A stretch of DNA of 64,000 nucleotides from Paecilomyces variotii (taxonomy: Eukaryota). Made by a program: the position numbers and the translations under genes. The notes under the pieces are model-generated. The model was not told where the DNA came from. It did not search any database and worked only from the letters and a program-made list of their open reading frames with translations. Shown piece by piece: positions 14,201-26,152 of this stretch (position 1 is its first letter; each line of letters begins with the position of its first letter). The DNA lies in the NCBI GenBank assembly GCA_004022145.1, contig RCNU01000001.1. One strand, written 5' to 3'.

Positions 14201-17200
14201 CTCGGATGCGTCCAGGATGTTCAATGGCAGAGGGGTTGGTGGCCCCGTCTTCATGAGCCACTCCATGATGGCACGATTGACTGGGGTGACAGGGGCCACC
14301 TCCCTCAGGACAAACATCCCGATCACTGCGACATCGGGGTCGAGATTGTAGATTCTTGGCCGCTTGTTTGGCCCCTCTCCCTCCCCTCCCTCGCCTCCCT
14401 GGCTCTCTGGCTCCGGAGATGGAGTCTCTGGTCCCCTCTTCCTCTTCCTGGACGGTTCGGGCGCAGGCTCAGGCTGGGGGCTGGGGCTTGGCTCCTCTGG
14501 GAGGAGGAACCTCACCCTCTTGCCAGTGTCCCTCCGCGGAACCTGTAACTGTTCCGCGAGAGGAGGGACCACCACTTCGACCGGCGAAGCGGTGTTGCTT
14601 GCTGGCGCGACCCCCGCCTTCTGCCTGGCCGTCATCGACCGAGTCGTTCTCCGAGGCAAAGACGAACCCCCTGAGGCCGTGCCCTGGTTGGCAGCAGGCA
14701 CCTCAGATGATGCCGTCTTTGGGGATTTCTTGCCAACAGTCCTCTTCGTGGCTGTCTTGGGGGTCGTTGCCCCCTTTGGCACCGCCTTTTTGGCGGGCGC
14801 AGGCTTTCTGGGAGCCATTCTGTTGGAGAAGTCGGAGTTGGCGATGGTTCAGATCCTTGGCCAGCAAGGATCTCACGAGGGGGAGGCGGAGAAAGAAAAT
14901 GAACTCGCCGCGTTCGAGATCTCTGAAGATCTCACCTTGCCAGCAAGGTGGATATGTTGGATTGCGAGTTTTTGAAGATAGTGAAGAAAAAGGTCAAGAC
15001 GGTTGGAGGAAGTATCGCAGCGTGGAACGTATGTTGTAGCAGAGAATATGTCGCGCTGCAGGTTGAGTTCTGAAGTGGGATGTCGTATTTCCCGATGTAT
15101 GACTCGATGCGAGAGTAACACGCCATTGAGGCCATTCATGAATAACACCACCATTGACCGGCTCCATTCGACGTAGAACAAAGAGAACAATAATTCACTT
15201 ACCTTATTGACATTTCCGACCTGAAGTCCCTGCGCCCGAGCTTGAGCATCTGTCATCCGTGCAGCGTCCACTGTCGAAGGCCCCGGGACTGAACCCAGAG
15301 TGCCAGGGGCACCGGGCCCGCCTCTACGCTTCTTACTGTCCTTTGCAGAGTCTTTGACGTTGAATTGGCCCAGTGGTGGCATCTTTACATCGCGGCTAGG
15401 CGTCTGAGATTGTGCCAAAACACCAGCAGTGGAATATCCCGGTTCTCCACGGACATTGCTCACAGGAGCAGCATCTTCCGCTGCCTGGCGGGCAGCCTGT
15501 GCTTGCTGCTTGGCGTGTGCTGCAGATTCTGGGAGGAACTGCTTGAAGTCCTCGAGAAGATCGGGAGCAGTATTGAACAGCTGCGTTACCTGAGCATAAA
15601 CGTCTTGAATGGGTTTTGACTCGCGCTGATAAGTCTGCAGAATCTCAAGAAATTGCTTGTAGATCTCGGGGGCGCTAGAAAAGCGATTCTAACAAAAAAT
15701 CACGGTTAGCCCTCAATCTACAATCCTATGTCAACGTGTCTCGCGTCCGCTAACCTTAATCTTGTTAACATAGCTGATCGCATGGTTGAATTCAACAGGA
15801 CCACGCTTGTTGAGATCGGTCTGAGAGCCTTGGAGCATCCCAGATCCGATGCCAGCCAAACTGCTCATAGGCTGAGTGATGCCAGGACCCTGGGCTGCCC
15901 CGGGGGAAGCCTGCATCATGGATGGACGCCCAGCGCCACCGGCGGCCGCTGACACGGCACTCTGGAGCTGCGAAACCCCACGCTCCTGCTGCTGGTGGGC
16001 AAGGGCCGCGGCAGAGGCCTGTTGCTCCTGCTGGCTCTGATATTCGTAATGCGCGTCTTGAGGCTGGTTTTGGCCTTGCTGCCCGTAGATTCCGGGTCCC
16101 ATCATACGAGCACCAGGAGAGTATGAAGGGGGAATTCCGCCCTGCTGTGGCTGGTGCTGAGCCTGTTGCCAGCCAGGACGAGATTGATCATAGTAATCAG
16201 GACGACCAGGATGAAGTCCACCCGAAGGACCCAACTCACCAGCGGACTCCATGGAAGGACGAGGGCGCGTCATTGACAGAGTATTCGTTCCCGACGGCGT
16301 TGTTACGCGAATCGCATCGGGGTTGTCCTCCGTCCCACACTCGATCCGGTAACCCGGGGGGAGGAAGGTATTGAATCCTTGGATCAAAGCGGGATGGCCG
16401 TTGAAAAGCGTGGAAACTCGCTGGATAACTCCTGGGGTATCGATACTACAAGAGTCAGGCAATATTCGCACAGACAGGTGGGGAGAGTACTCACGCTTGG
16501 CTCTTGAAGTCCTTCATTATGTCGAGGAATCTGTTATACACATCGGGCTGGTCGACAAAGCGCACCTTAACCTGGTCAAGGTAGCTCAGCGCATCCTACG
16601 AATATATCAGTAAAAGCTTAGTCTCATTTTCACCCAAGTTTTTCGGTGCTGCATATAGTGCTCTCCCATCACGAACGCCGCGAAGAGAGAATATGAGGGG
16701 CACCATATGAAGAGGTCCGAACTCACATTGAGAATGGGCTGCTGGCCCTGCGCTAAAGCTGCAACGCCTCCGGGAATCTGAGGAGCTGGGCCGTTATAAC
16801 CAAGCATCGGCTGCCCCGGCGGTCCTTGAGGAGGATGCTGCATGTATGGTCTAGGCGTTCCTTCGCCATGCTGTATCTGCGGACCGTACATACCACCCGG
16901 GCCACCAGAAGACTGCATCGCGCTCTGCGGCGGGTTTGGCGGCGGGTTTGCACCGAGGTTCGAGAGGAGTCCATTCGGTCCGTGAATCGAGTTGGGAACT
17001 TTCGAGGCGACGGGCTGGTGAATCGGGATCGAACCCGTGTGGCTCTGGACAGGATGGTGCTGCTGCTCCCGCTGTTGGCGTTCCATCTGCTGTATCTGTT
17101 GTTCCCTCTCTCGTTCGCGCTGCTCCCGTTCCCGGTGTACGATCTCCTCCTGCCGCTGTCTCTCGATCATCTCGCGCTCCCTGGAGTCTCTTTCGCGCTC

Positions 17201-17737
17201 TCGATTCAGCGGCTGCGGTGAAGGATGCTGCATCGCCTGACCGATTCCAGGGAGTGAATGGCCAGCACTATGAGAAGGGCCTTGCGGATGTTGTCCAAAC
17301 GGAGGCGGTTGGTGCGGACCAGGGCCTTGGCTTAATTCCGCCAAACCGGGCAACGAATGGCCAGAAGGCTGGCTTACAGGGTGGTAAGGACCTAGTACCA
17401 AATTTACAAGTCAGCCAGAATCCCGAGACTCTATTTGCGCTCCTAGAAATGGAGATGGTCGATTTCTTACCAGCTGGAGGCGGTAGAACGGGCCCCGCAG
17501 GTTGTGAAGATGGTCCTTGCTGAGGCGGGTTTTGACTGTGCACAGTGAAAACGGAAAGTCAGCCAGAGGCCTTTTTCATAGGTATGGACAGATGACTCTA
17601 ATGCGCAAAGCCAATGTGAGGGAGAGCACATACCCAAACGACCCCAGGGGCCGTGGCTGTTGGTTTAACTGGTCCATCCCCGGGTGCGAAGGCGGCCCCC
17701 CGGCAGAGTGCCAGTTATCATTACCAGAAGGATTCAT
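11243..17737 (-). CDS. SIN3: Sin3 co-repressor / HDAC scaffold; exons 17737-17634, 17535-17471, 17391-16727, 16595-16495, 16445-15755, 15688-15203, 14010-11911, 11854-11243
   Basis: PAH1 ([24 protein letters not shown]), PAH2 ([14 protein letters not shown]), PAH3 ([12 protein letters not shown]), HID ([28 protein letters not shown]) and Sin3 C-terminal region. Every intron restores the frame. Confidence 0.95.
14180..14818 (-). CDS. Nested ORF inside Sin3 intron 6: basic, Pro-rich, probably nuclear 212-aa protein
   Basis: ATG-initiated uninterrupted ORF with coding-like GC-rich codons. K/A/P/T-rich N-terminus, KRVRF, RKRKR..KRPR and an acidic tail. CT-rich leader upstream. Confidence 0.65.
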   Translation of the reverse strand: MAPRKPAPAKKAVPKGATTPKTATKRTVGKKSPKTASSEVPAANQGTASGGSSLPRRTTRSMTARQKAGVAPASNTASPVEVVVPPLAEQLQVPRRDTGKRVRFLLPEEPSPSPQPEPAPEPSRKRKRGPETPSPEPESQGGEGGEGEGPNKRPRIYNLDPDVAVIGMFVLREVAPVTPVNRAIMEWLMKTGPPTPLPLNILDASEDEDDSE

Positions 17738-18876
17738 TATCAACGCATGAACTTGATCTCAAGACACACAAAGATCTAGCCTTGCGTTGTCTCAACAGCG
17801 CAAAAAGGAAAAGGAAGGGGTCGTAAGGATCGGGCCGAGCTGGCCTTGCAATAAGCTCTGCTCTTGAATGTTCTCTCGCTGGATCTGGTCTTTGGGTTCC
17901 CAAAGGATCTATAACAGGAACATCGCTGCAGGAATCTAGAAAAGTGAGGGATAAGACATATAACCAGTATTCCCTGCCAGACCCCGTGCTGAGTAGGAGA
18001 GGGCAGTTAGTAATAGATGAATCAAAGTGAAAGAGAAGGAGGATTCTCGGAGCAAGCAACCATTAGTGACGATGGTTTGCGCGCGACCGATCACGGGTCG
18101 GCCCTGGAGGGCGGTGGTCAGGACTTCATCCTACTAAGCCTTATCCGGAAAAGTGCCTGTTGGTCGGAGTCATGATTTTCCGGTCATAATATGCCGCCCA
18201 TCGTTGATTGGCTCGGTCGGCATCTCTGGGGAAATACTCGGCGCCGACAAAAGTAGAGTAGAGAAGCAATAATCCAAGGAATAACTAACTATACACTTAT
18301 TGTCCGCTTAGCAGAAAGTATATTCTAAAAGGAGCTGCATAATCTCTAATGATCGAACACATGCAATGTATTTCTCTGCTCCAAACCGTGATGTGGAACC
18401 GGGTTTCGTAGCCTGTTTTCTATGTTCCCCACCATCGCAATGATTTCGGCGTCCAAGCATCTGGATACATCCAAGAGTTATAAGCTAGGCGGTGTTACTA
18501 GAAGCGCAGTACACTCTGGGGAGATGGGAGACGCGTTGAGGGGTGGACTTGGGAAATGAAAGTCCAGCGTCTCCCCGGCTCCAGAGATAACGCCTTGACA
18601 AATATCTGAAGACCACGCAAAGGAAAACGGCGGGGAGGATGACAAAGGGGCAATGGACCGAAAAAAATAGTTGAGGGAAAGGCAAGAGAAAGGTATGGAC
18701 CGAATTCCAGGTTTATCTGAACTGGCAACTTGGATTGAATCTGTCCCTGTTGCTCTACCATTTTATCTTCGTATCAGGCCTTATATCCATCATATCGACC
18801 TTCAAGGTCGCTCATCGCCCCACGTCCCGTCAATAACTGACATCAATCCATCACATCATTGCCAGAAAGTGACTGC

Positions 18877-20763
18877 TTAGAGTGCAGAGAAGACGAAGAG
18901 CTAGAAGACGATTAGTTTCACAGCAATTGAACCAAGCCATGCTGAGTGTGCCAGGAAGTGGGAAACTTACATTGTTGGTCGCGGCGATTGCAATACTATC
19001 CTCAAACGGATGCCAGCTCATATGTAGGATCTTCTTGTTGAAATCGATCTGGTCCGCGTCGGTCTCCTTCCTCATGCGTGAGCCAGGTCCCGCAGGGCTC
19101 CCAGCTCTCGAGCCACCCTTCTTGCCATTCTTGTTGATCGGAGTTGGCACTCCGACCTTCTTCGCCTTGAAAGCGGACTTATCCGCCTGCAATACCACCT
19201 CCGTGTCTTTATTAGGATCCGTCGGGTAAATCATGAAGTTGTTGTTGTAGCTTCCGGTCATGACGTTTTCGGCATCGCCCGAGAAGACGACCTCGAATTT
19301 ATCAAAGATGCTATCATTCTCGTATGTGTCGCATAGACGGGGTCGTAGATGTTCGTGGATAGGAATTGTCTTGATTGGTTGTCTCTCCATATTGACATCC
19401 CAGATCTTCACGGTCAGGTAATCTCTCGAAAGGATGTAGCGACCATCATGAGAGAATCGAACGTCAGAAATGGAGGAAATGATTTCGGAAAAGAAAGAAC
19501 GGGAGGAGGCATCTTCTTCTTGTTCGAACACTGTAGTAATTAAATATCAGTTGTGCCCACCACCAAAAAGCCTGCTTGGGTTTATGACTTACGTTTCTGG
19601 TGTTGGTCGCACAATGCACTCTGCCTCATGTCTGCGAGCTTGATCGTTCCCTTGGAACTCGCGTACATGAACCAGTTACAGCTGGTCGGGTGGAATTCTG
19701 CAGCCGTAATCACCTCTGTCAGCTCCTCCATATTAGCTGGTTTGATATCGACAATGTTGAAGCTCTGGTCCTGAATATTCAGATTCCATAGGTTGATTCG
19801 TAGATCGTCACTGCTGATGAATGTCTCGCCATCGCTGTTCACGGATATGCTGTTGATGTGGTAGGCGTGGGCATTCGCATAGGTCCTTCGGGGAACGGCT
19901 GCAACGACGGTGTCGTGGTGCGTCATTCGGGGGAGTTTCAACGCGGAGGGGTCCTTGAACGACACACGCGGTGTGCGAGGAGCACCACCTCCTCCCACAG
20001 CTCCGCCAGGAGTCAGTTCTGACGAGAGGTTGTTCTCCGCGACCACCTTCAGCGACTTGTCGAACACTTTCCACAGCTTTATCGTCTTGTCGTTGGTTGA
20101 GAGGAGGAAGTGGGAAGCGTTTTGTCGTCTACACCATTTTATCTTGTTGATCTTTTCTTCGATCTCTAACGATTTTAGATAGTCGAATTCCGGCTCGTGC
20201 GACTGGAACTCTGTGTGGAACTTGTATTCGCATGTCTTTTTCTGTGGGGGTGATCAGAACAATCCTGTCCACAAAGACGATCTGGGGGTCGCTACCGTTT
20301 CGTTTCGCTCAAACAGCACCACTCTTCCACCCTTATCTCCTGTGGCTAGGTAATTACCGGTGTGGTCGAACTCGACGGTTGAGATAATATCGGCTAGGAT
20401 GCGGCAGCACACATTAGTTTGCGCGGTCCAGAACAGAAGGGCAGGTAGAAATAAGTTCCAAGAACGTACCCTCTGTGATATCTTCGACATCTCCCTTATC
20501 GCCAAAGCATCTATCATCCTGGATCAGCAACGGATCGATCTTCCAATCATATTCAACGCAACGAGGGGAAGTGACGAGGCCATAGGCATCACTCTCCCCC
20601 ACCATCCAGCATCTGCATGTACTTCCAGAGATTTCTTGCCGATGTAGTCCATTTGAAGGTATCTGGCCCCGTCTCGCAGAAGAAAGCAACGTAGAAGTGT
20701 TTTTTGTCGGGAGACTTACTGCGTAAACTTCCAGGTGGGAGTACCTGGATCTCCGTCTACCAT
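18877..20763 (-). CDS. CDC55: PP2A regulatory subunit B55 (Cdc55/PabA), multi-exon
   Basis: [81 protein letters not shown]; ends LFVFSAL-stop. Confidence 0.96.
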
Positions 20764-21470
20764 CTTTCAAGTACCACCCTTCGTCGGGTAGCGAACGGAA
20801 AAAATCAGAGTGTTTTTACTAGATAGTGCCACTGCGAGGAATGGTTCTGAGATGTGCTTCCTCTCAGGATTTCTGATATAAAGAGATGACGCCCGGTAGC
20901 CCCTCAGTAGCAAGCTGTAGCGTGTGCCGACGGAGACAAAAAAAGACGGCGCAACAGCGTAAAGAACAGGCGATTACTCCGCGAAACAAACTGGTTGGGA
21001 GATTCAGCGGATGGCTCAACACGGCGAACTGGACGTGGGAAGGGTTGGAGCAAGAGCACGATTGGGAGAGGGGGGGGGTTGATGTTGCGACGTCAGACAG
21101 GGCAGGGTCGGCCAACTCAGTCACTGCAACAGGCTGGAGGGACAAATGATGGACGGCCTGGAGAGCGAGATGCGACACTGCAACAACCGACCAGGAAGCG
21201 AAGAAGAACTCTGCGGGGGGAGGTATAATCCTCAGGAAATAGGGAATCTGGTGAGGCTGACCTGATGCAGCAACGCGGTTCTGTCGTGAGATTCCGGTCT
21301 TGGTTCGGTGTGGTTGAGGTGAGGCGGGTTCGTGGACGCTGGTGGGGAGTTTGCCCGAGATCCGGACCAGCTCGACGCGTGCGGCCGGCGGCTGCCAAAC
21401 CTTTGTGACTCTGAAGCCTCCAAAGAGAGTGAACTCGCAGCAGAAACGGATCATCCCGATCTTGGAAGGG

Positions 21471-21498
21471 ATATATATATATATATATTATATATATA
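21471..21498. repeat. (TA)n tract between the divergent PP2A-B55 and hypothetical genes
   Basis: atatatatatatatatattatatatata; may contain TATA elements. Confidence 0.8.
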
Positions 21499-21941
21499 GC
21501 ATTCCCCTCCTAGACAGCAGAACAAAAGCGCCTTTGTCTGGTGTTGTGCTCCTACAGACGGCGATCAGCGTGACGTCGAGCCACAGTCAAATATAGTTAC
21601 TTCCAGACCTGGACCACCCGATTTCTCCTCCATAATAATATGGGGGAACCACTCACATGCCGGAATCGCTTCGTTTGCTGACTCTAAAGGTTATTTTAAC
21701 CGAAATGCCGGATCGCTTTACTACTTCTCTATCTCTTCAAAGCTACTGACTACACTATTGAAGCATCTCCGTTGGTCTCATACCCTCTTGCTGGGTCTCC
21801 CTTGGGCCGAATCACTTGGAATCATTATAGGATCTAGCGTTGGCCTTGCACACAACTGCCAGTGTCAAACGGCTCTTCCTGTTTGGGGAATAAAACATCT
21901 CAGTTTACTAGCCACTCTATCTCTACTCGCAGTCATCGATC

Positions 21942-23021
21942 ATGTCTGAAAAAGAGAAAGGAAAGGAAGTGCGGAAAGCACCGCCATCCGATGCGTCAGA
22001 CAAACCATCTGGACAGGGTACCTCGGGCAATAAATCAATGGCCAGCAGAATCCAGGACTCTGCATCTGGTCTCCTCAGAAACGCCATCTCTGCTCCTGGG
22101 GCACATAGCCTACCTGCAGATCTAGCACAGTCCCTGGCAAACGGCAGCAAGGCCGGTTCATCTGCCCCGCGCGGACTCTCCGCCGGCTCATCAGCAGCAG
22201 CGGAAAGCTTTCTATCACAGGGTGCGAGCGGGCTTGGTTCTACCGCATCAGAGCACGGTGCAAACAGCTCTGTTCCCGCACCCTTTCGATCAGGAGTGAC
22301 ACAGCAAGGCGGGTTTAGTTTGGATCCATTAGCCCAGGACGACTTCCAGCGTGGCGTTGATAACAACTTTCTATACAACGACGTCGATGTTTCCGATGCA
22401 AAAGGGAAGGGGAAAGAGAGAGATCAAGAAGCCTCTTCAGACAGTGATCTGACGACATTCAACACCACGTGGGAAGCCCATCATCACGTACAGGAAACAC
22501 ATATCCCGATTACGCAAACTGCGCATCCAACAATATTACCCTCTGACGGTTCCGCCGTCGTGTCCCTTCTCTCAGACCCATCTTTCCAACCTGAACTTCT
22601 GCCAACAGAAGAAGACCCAATTGACTCGACAGACCTAGACTCAGCACCGCCATTAACGGCATCAGAGGTGCAGATTATCGAGTCCTTCCGGCGCCACCCA
22701 TCAATGGCTTCAGGGACGCAGGGACAGCAACAGAGAATCACATCGACGAGCTTGATTCCCGATATCGACGCTTTCCTAGCTCAGGACTCCCCCGCCACAG
22801 ACACGGCTGCTCTCCGTGACTCGGTCCTCCAGAATCTTCCTGGCGCAGGGGACTGGATGGCTGTTGAGGAGAGATATCACGACGAAGTCTGGGGACATCT
22901 GCGACCCGCCCTCGAAGCTGCGCAGAAAGAGATCGAGGAGAAGAACGAGGGCGCCCCTCCGAGCGCGGAGGGCCCTGCTGTACGGAGGTTGCGGATGATC
23001 TTGCAACACATGCAGAAATGA
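21942..23021 (+). CDS. Hypothetical protein, 359 aa, Ser/Ala-rich with a helical C-terminus
   Basis: Single long ATG ORF with structured-looking C-terminus (WMAVEERYHDEVWGHLRP..AVRRLRMILQHM) and an AT-rich 3' flank. Confidence 0.8.
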   Translation: MSEKEKGKEVRKAPPSDASDKPSGQGTSGNKSMASRIQDSASGLLRNAISAPGAHSLPADLAQSLANGSKAGSSAPRGLSAGSSAAAESFLSQGASGLGSTASEHGANSSVPAPFRSGVTQQGGFSLDPLAQDDFQRGVDNNFLYNDVDVSDAKGKGKERDQEASSDSDLTTFNTTWEAHHHVQETHIPITQTAHPTILPSDGSAVVSLLSDPSFQPELLPTEEDPIDSTDLDSAPPLTASEVQIIESFRRHPSMASGTQGQQQRITSTSLIPDIDAFLAQDSPATDTAALRDSVLQNLPGAGDWMAVEERYHDEVWGHLRPALEAAQKEIEEKNEGAPPSAEGPAVRRLRMILQHMQK

Positions 23022-23977
23022 TATACTATATTTGGTCTGTATAGTATATATCTTCTTCTATATACCCTACTATTTTTTTTTTTAATATGAACAAATAAGA
23101 AAAAAGACAGATTGTACGATATCGACAGTCTCAGGTACATATTTATTCATATGAGAATGTAAATAAATAGACATAGAAAATAACAACGAACAGTGCTAAG
23201 TACTCTCAACTCCTAGTAGTTTGTTTTGACTACATTATCATATCAAAGCACTAAACAAAATACCCATTTGCATTGTTGGAAGTATACATAAATACCAAAT
23301 AACCTGTTTATGACCACAATTCTCTCCGTTGGGAGAACTTAGAGCGCAGGCGAAGAATAAATTGCATTGCGTGCATTTTTCGATGGATGGACGGCCAAGG
23401 CAGCATAGCGGAACTACGTTAGTCCTGAGAGCCCTGAGAGTTCAGGTTGATACCCCGCGTTCTTTCCCGGTGGCTCCAGCTTGTGTGATTGCGAACGTTA
23501 AATCAGGGGTGGTTGGCATGTGAGAGTCAGGTCGGGGTGGGGGCTCTGATTTGAAGTAGGGTGCTCGGGGAGATTCCTGGGTTGAGGTTGGGCAAATACC
23601 TTGCAGGAAATACGAGACCTGTAAAGCTATTGTTCTACTTCTCCAGAAAGAGTTGAGCTCCTCTCATACGATAGATGTCTACACGGAAATGAGAGTCTGA
23701 AATAAACACGTATTCATATAGGAGTACATCGCCCTGTTTCCAAGGGTCTTAGATCCGAGTATAACGTAGAGACATCGTGATATAGCAAATAGACATGAGA
23801 ACAGAAGTAAGAAGCGGATGACATGGCCATAAGGATGTGTGACGGGCTCAATGTGTCAGTAGAGGAAGAGGCGTCGATGAGAAGAAGGGACTGCGGAACA
23901 TTTTTCTTTGGCACTAAGTCCAAAGGTTCTCTGTTTTGATTCCACAACTCAGGATGGAAAAGAGAGGGGGGAGATGC

Positions 23978-26152
23978 TTAGTACTCGAGGCTAGGAGTCT
24001 GGCCCTGGACGCGGCCAATGACGATCTGCGCGGCGTACTTGGGGATAACCTCGTCATCGTGCAGCATCTCGAATTCTTCGGTGGCATCCCGACCCATGTG
24101 GCTGAACAAGGCTTGAGCACCACCAGGGTGCTCATCCAGCCAGTTCGTCACATCCAGCACGACTCCCTTGACGACAATCCACAGGTCATCCTTCTTGTTG
24201 TGCTTGGCGACCTCCTCCATGCTGAATTCTTTCTCCGGAACCTTAAACTGGGAGATATCAGTCGGCTTCGACGGCTCAGACTTGCCGGCCGGCTGGGCAG
24301 TAGACTTGGCACCCTCAGACGCCGCGGCGGGAGTGTCCTGACCAGCGGAGGCAGGGGCTGTGACACGGGCGGAGGCAGGGTCCTTACCATCAGAACCAGC
24401 ATTGTTCCACTCGACAGAGATCTTTCCGGGGGTCGACGGGTCAATGTGCAGAGAGATCTGGCCCAGGCGCTGCTGGGCGCTCGAAGCACCGCCTGACAGG
24501 ACCTTCTGGAACAGATACTGGCTCGAGCTGTTACCGGCGACACGTCCGTAGACGACGCAGCCCAGCAGGGAGGAACCACCCAGGCGGTTGGCACCGTGCA
24601 CACCACCTGCCAGCTCACCGCAAGCGTAGAGGCCCTCGAAGGGCTGCTTCTCCGAATTCAGCACCTGAGCACGGTCGTTGATCTCGATACCGCCCATGGT
24701 GAAGTGCAGCACGGGCTCCATCAGAGCAACGTGGAACTCGTCGTCAATGCTGAAGGGCAGGTTGTGGAAGTACTTCTTGTTCCACGGGTCCTTCTTCTTG
24801 CCCTCGGCGATCTCGTTGTACTCGTCGAAGGTCTTCTTGAGAGCGGCTTCACCGCAGCCAATCTCCTTGGCCAGCTCCTTGCCGGACATCTTCTTCATGA
24901 GACCACGGCCGGAGTAGTGGCGAGTGTGGAAGTCAAGGACCTTGGAGGCCTTGCTGTTGAGGACGAGGCGGATGGGCCACTTTCCCTTCTCTTTCTCCTC
25001 CCACATCTTACCAGAGACGTAGTCACGGTGGCCGAGCTCGTCAGAGAAACGCTGGCCATCGGAGTTCAGCAGGAGACCACCCTCACCACGCAAAGCTGTA
25101 GACCATTAGATAAATCTGAACATGAAAGATCCGTATGGTGAGCGAGTAATAAAAGACATACCTTCAGCAGCCAGAAACTTCCACTTGGAGGTCGGGTCCT
25201 TGGGGTCGATCAGACCGGTAGGGTGCACCTGGACCTTGTCCATATCGATGCCGTTGGCACCGATGGCCATGAGCATCTTCTGACCATCACCAGTGGCGTG
25301 AGTACCGTTGGTGCTGGAAAGGCCATAGGTGTCTGGGCGCCACTTCTTCAGGAGTGAGTTCTCCCCCGTGAAGTCTGCGGCATAACCACCAGTGGCCAGA
25401 ACGACAACACCATCAGCAGTGTGAGTCTGTCCATCGTACTCGTAGGTGACGCCAGTGATTGTGTTTCCTTCCTTGTTGAGGGAAGTGACACGGGCCTTCT
25501 TGAGGACCTGGACACGGTGGGGCTCAGCCTCTGTGAGCTCCTCGAGTCTCTGCATCAGGGCGTATGTGATGGCCATGCCGGGGAACTTGGCATCGTGACC
25601 ACGGTGCGTACGGGGAAAGGAGTGACCACTGCGCGTCTGTTAGTTGTGATCGTCCCAGATATGCAAACGGCTGTGCTCTGCTCACCCCAGTCGTGAGACC
25701 AGCGTCAGGTCGAGGTTGAAGACATCCTGCAGCCACTCGATAGCGGAAGCAGACTGGTAGGTGAGAACCTTGATCAAATCGGGACGAGCCTTGTCTCTGG
25801 CGGACTTGAGGGTGTCTTCGTAGAAAGCCTTGACGCTGTCCTGAATGCCAAGATCGACCTGCGTCCGCGTGAGGGCACCGTTGATACCGGAGGTGGCCTT
25901 TGTCGAGTTTCCGCCAAAGAAACCTGTCGCGCATTAGTTTATTTGGTTTGGCATGGTGATGCCTAAGCAAGGAGCACTTACTCTGCTTGTCGAGAACGAG
26001 GACGTTGCCGCCGTTCAGGTAGACGGTATGCGCGGCACTCAGACCGGACACTGTGAAGCAATCATCGTCAGCGCGGATCGGTAGGGAAGATGATGCGGGG
26101 AAAGCTTCTTACATCCACCACCGACAACAATGACTCTCTGGGACTGTGCCAT
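23978..26152 (-). CDS. OSM1: Soluble FAD-dependent fumarate reductase with a C-terminal cytochrome b5 domain, multi-exon
   Basis: VIVVGGGLSGLSAA FAD motif, GGNSTKATSGING, VQVHPTG, AAEALRGEGG, HFTMGG, GVHGANRLGGSSL; b5 motif WLDEHPGG. Confidence 0.94.

Noticed and set aside
14356-15039. Plus-strand ORFs of 203 and 227 aa inside the Sin3 intron
   Set aside because: Non-ATG starts and no coherent motifs; best explained as shadows of the GC-rich minus-strand nested ORF.
14011-15202. Transposon insertion as the cause of the long Sin3 intron
   Set aside because: No terminal inverted repeats, LTRs, target-site duplication or transposase/RT motifs were seen.
20864-21454. 196-aa minus-strand ORF upstream of PP2A-B55
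   Set aside because: Reads like a CT-rich 5' leader/promoter with no protein-like features; at most an untested uORF.
23978-24250. Fumarate reductase-cytochrome b5 fusion as a novelty
   Set aside because: This domain architecture is already familiar in filamentous fungal Osm1 homologues.
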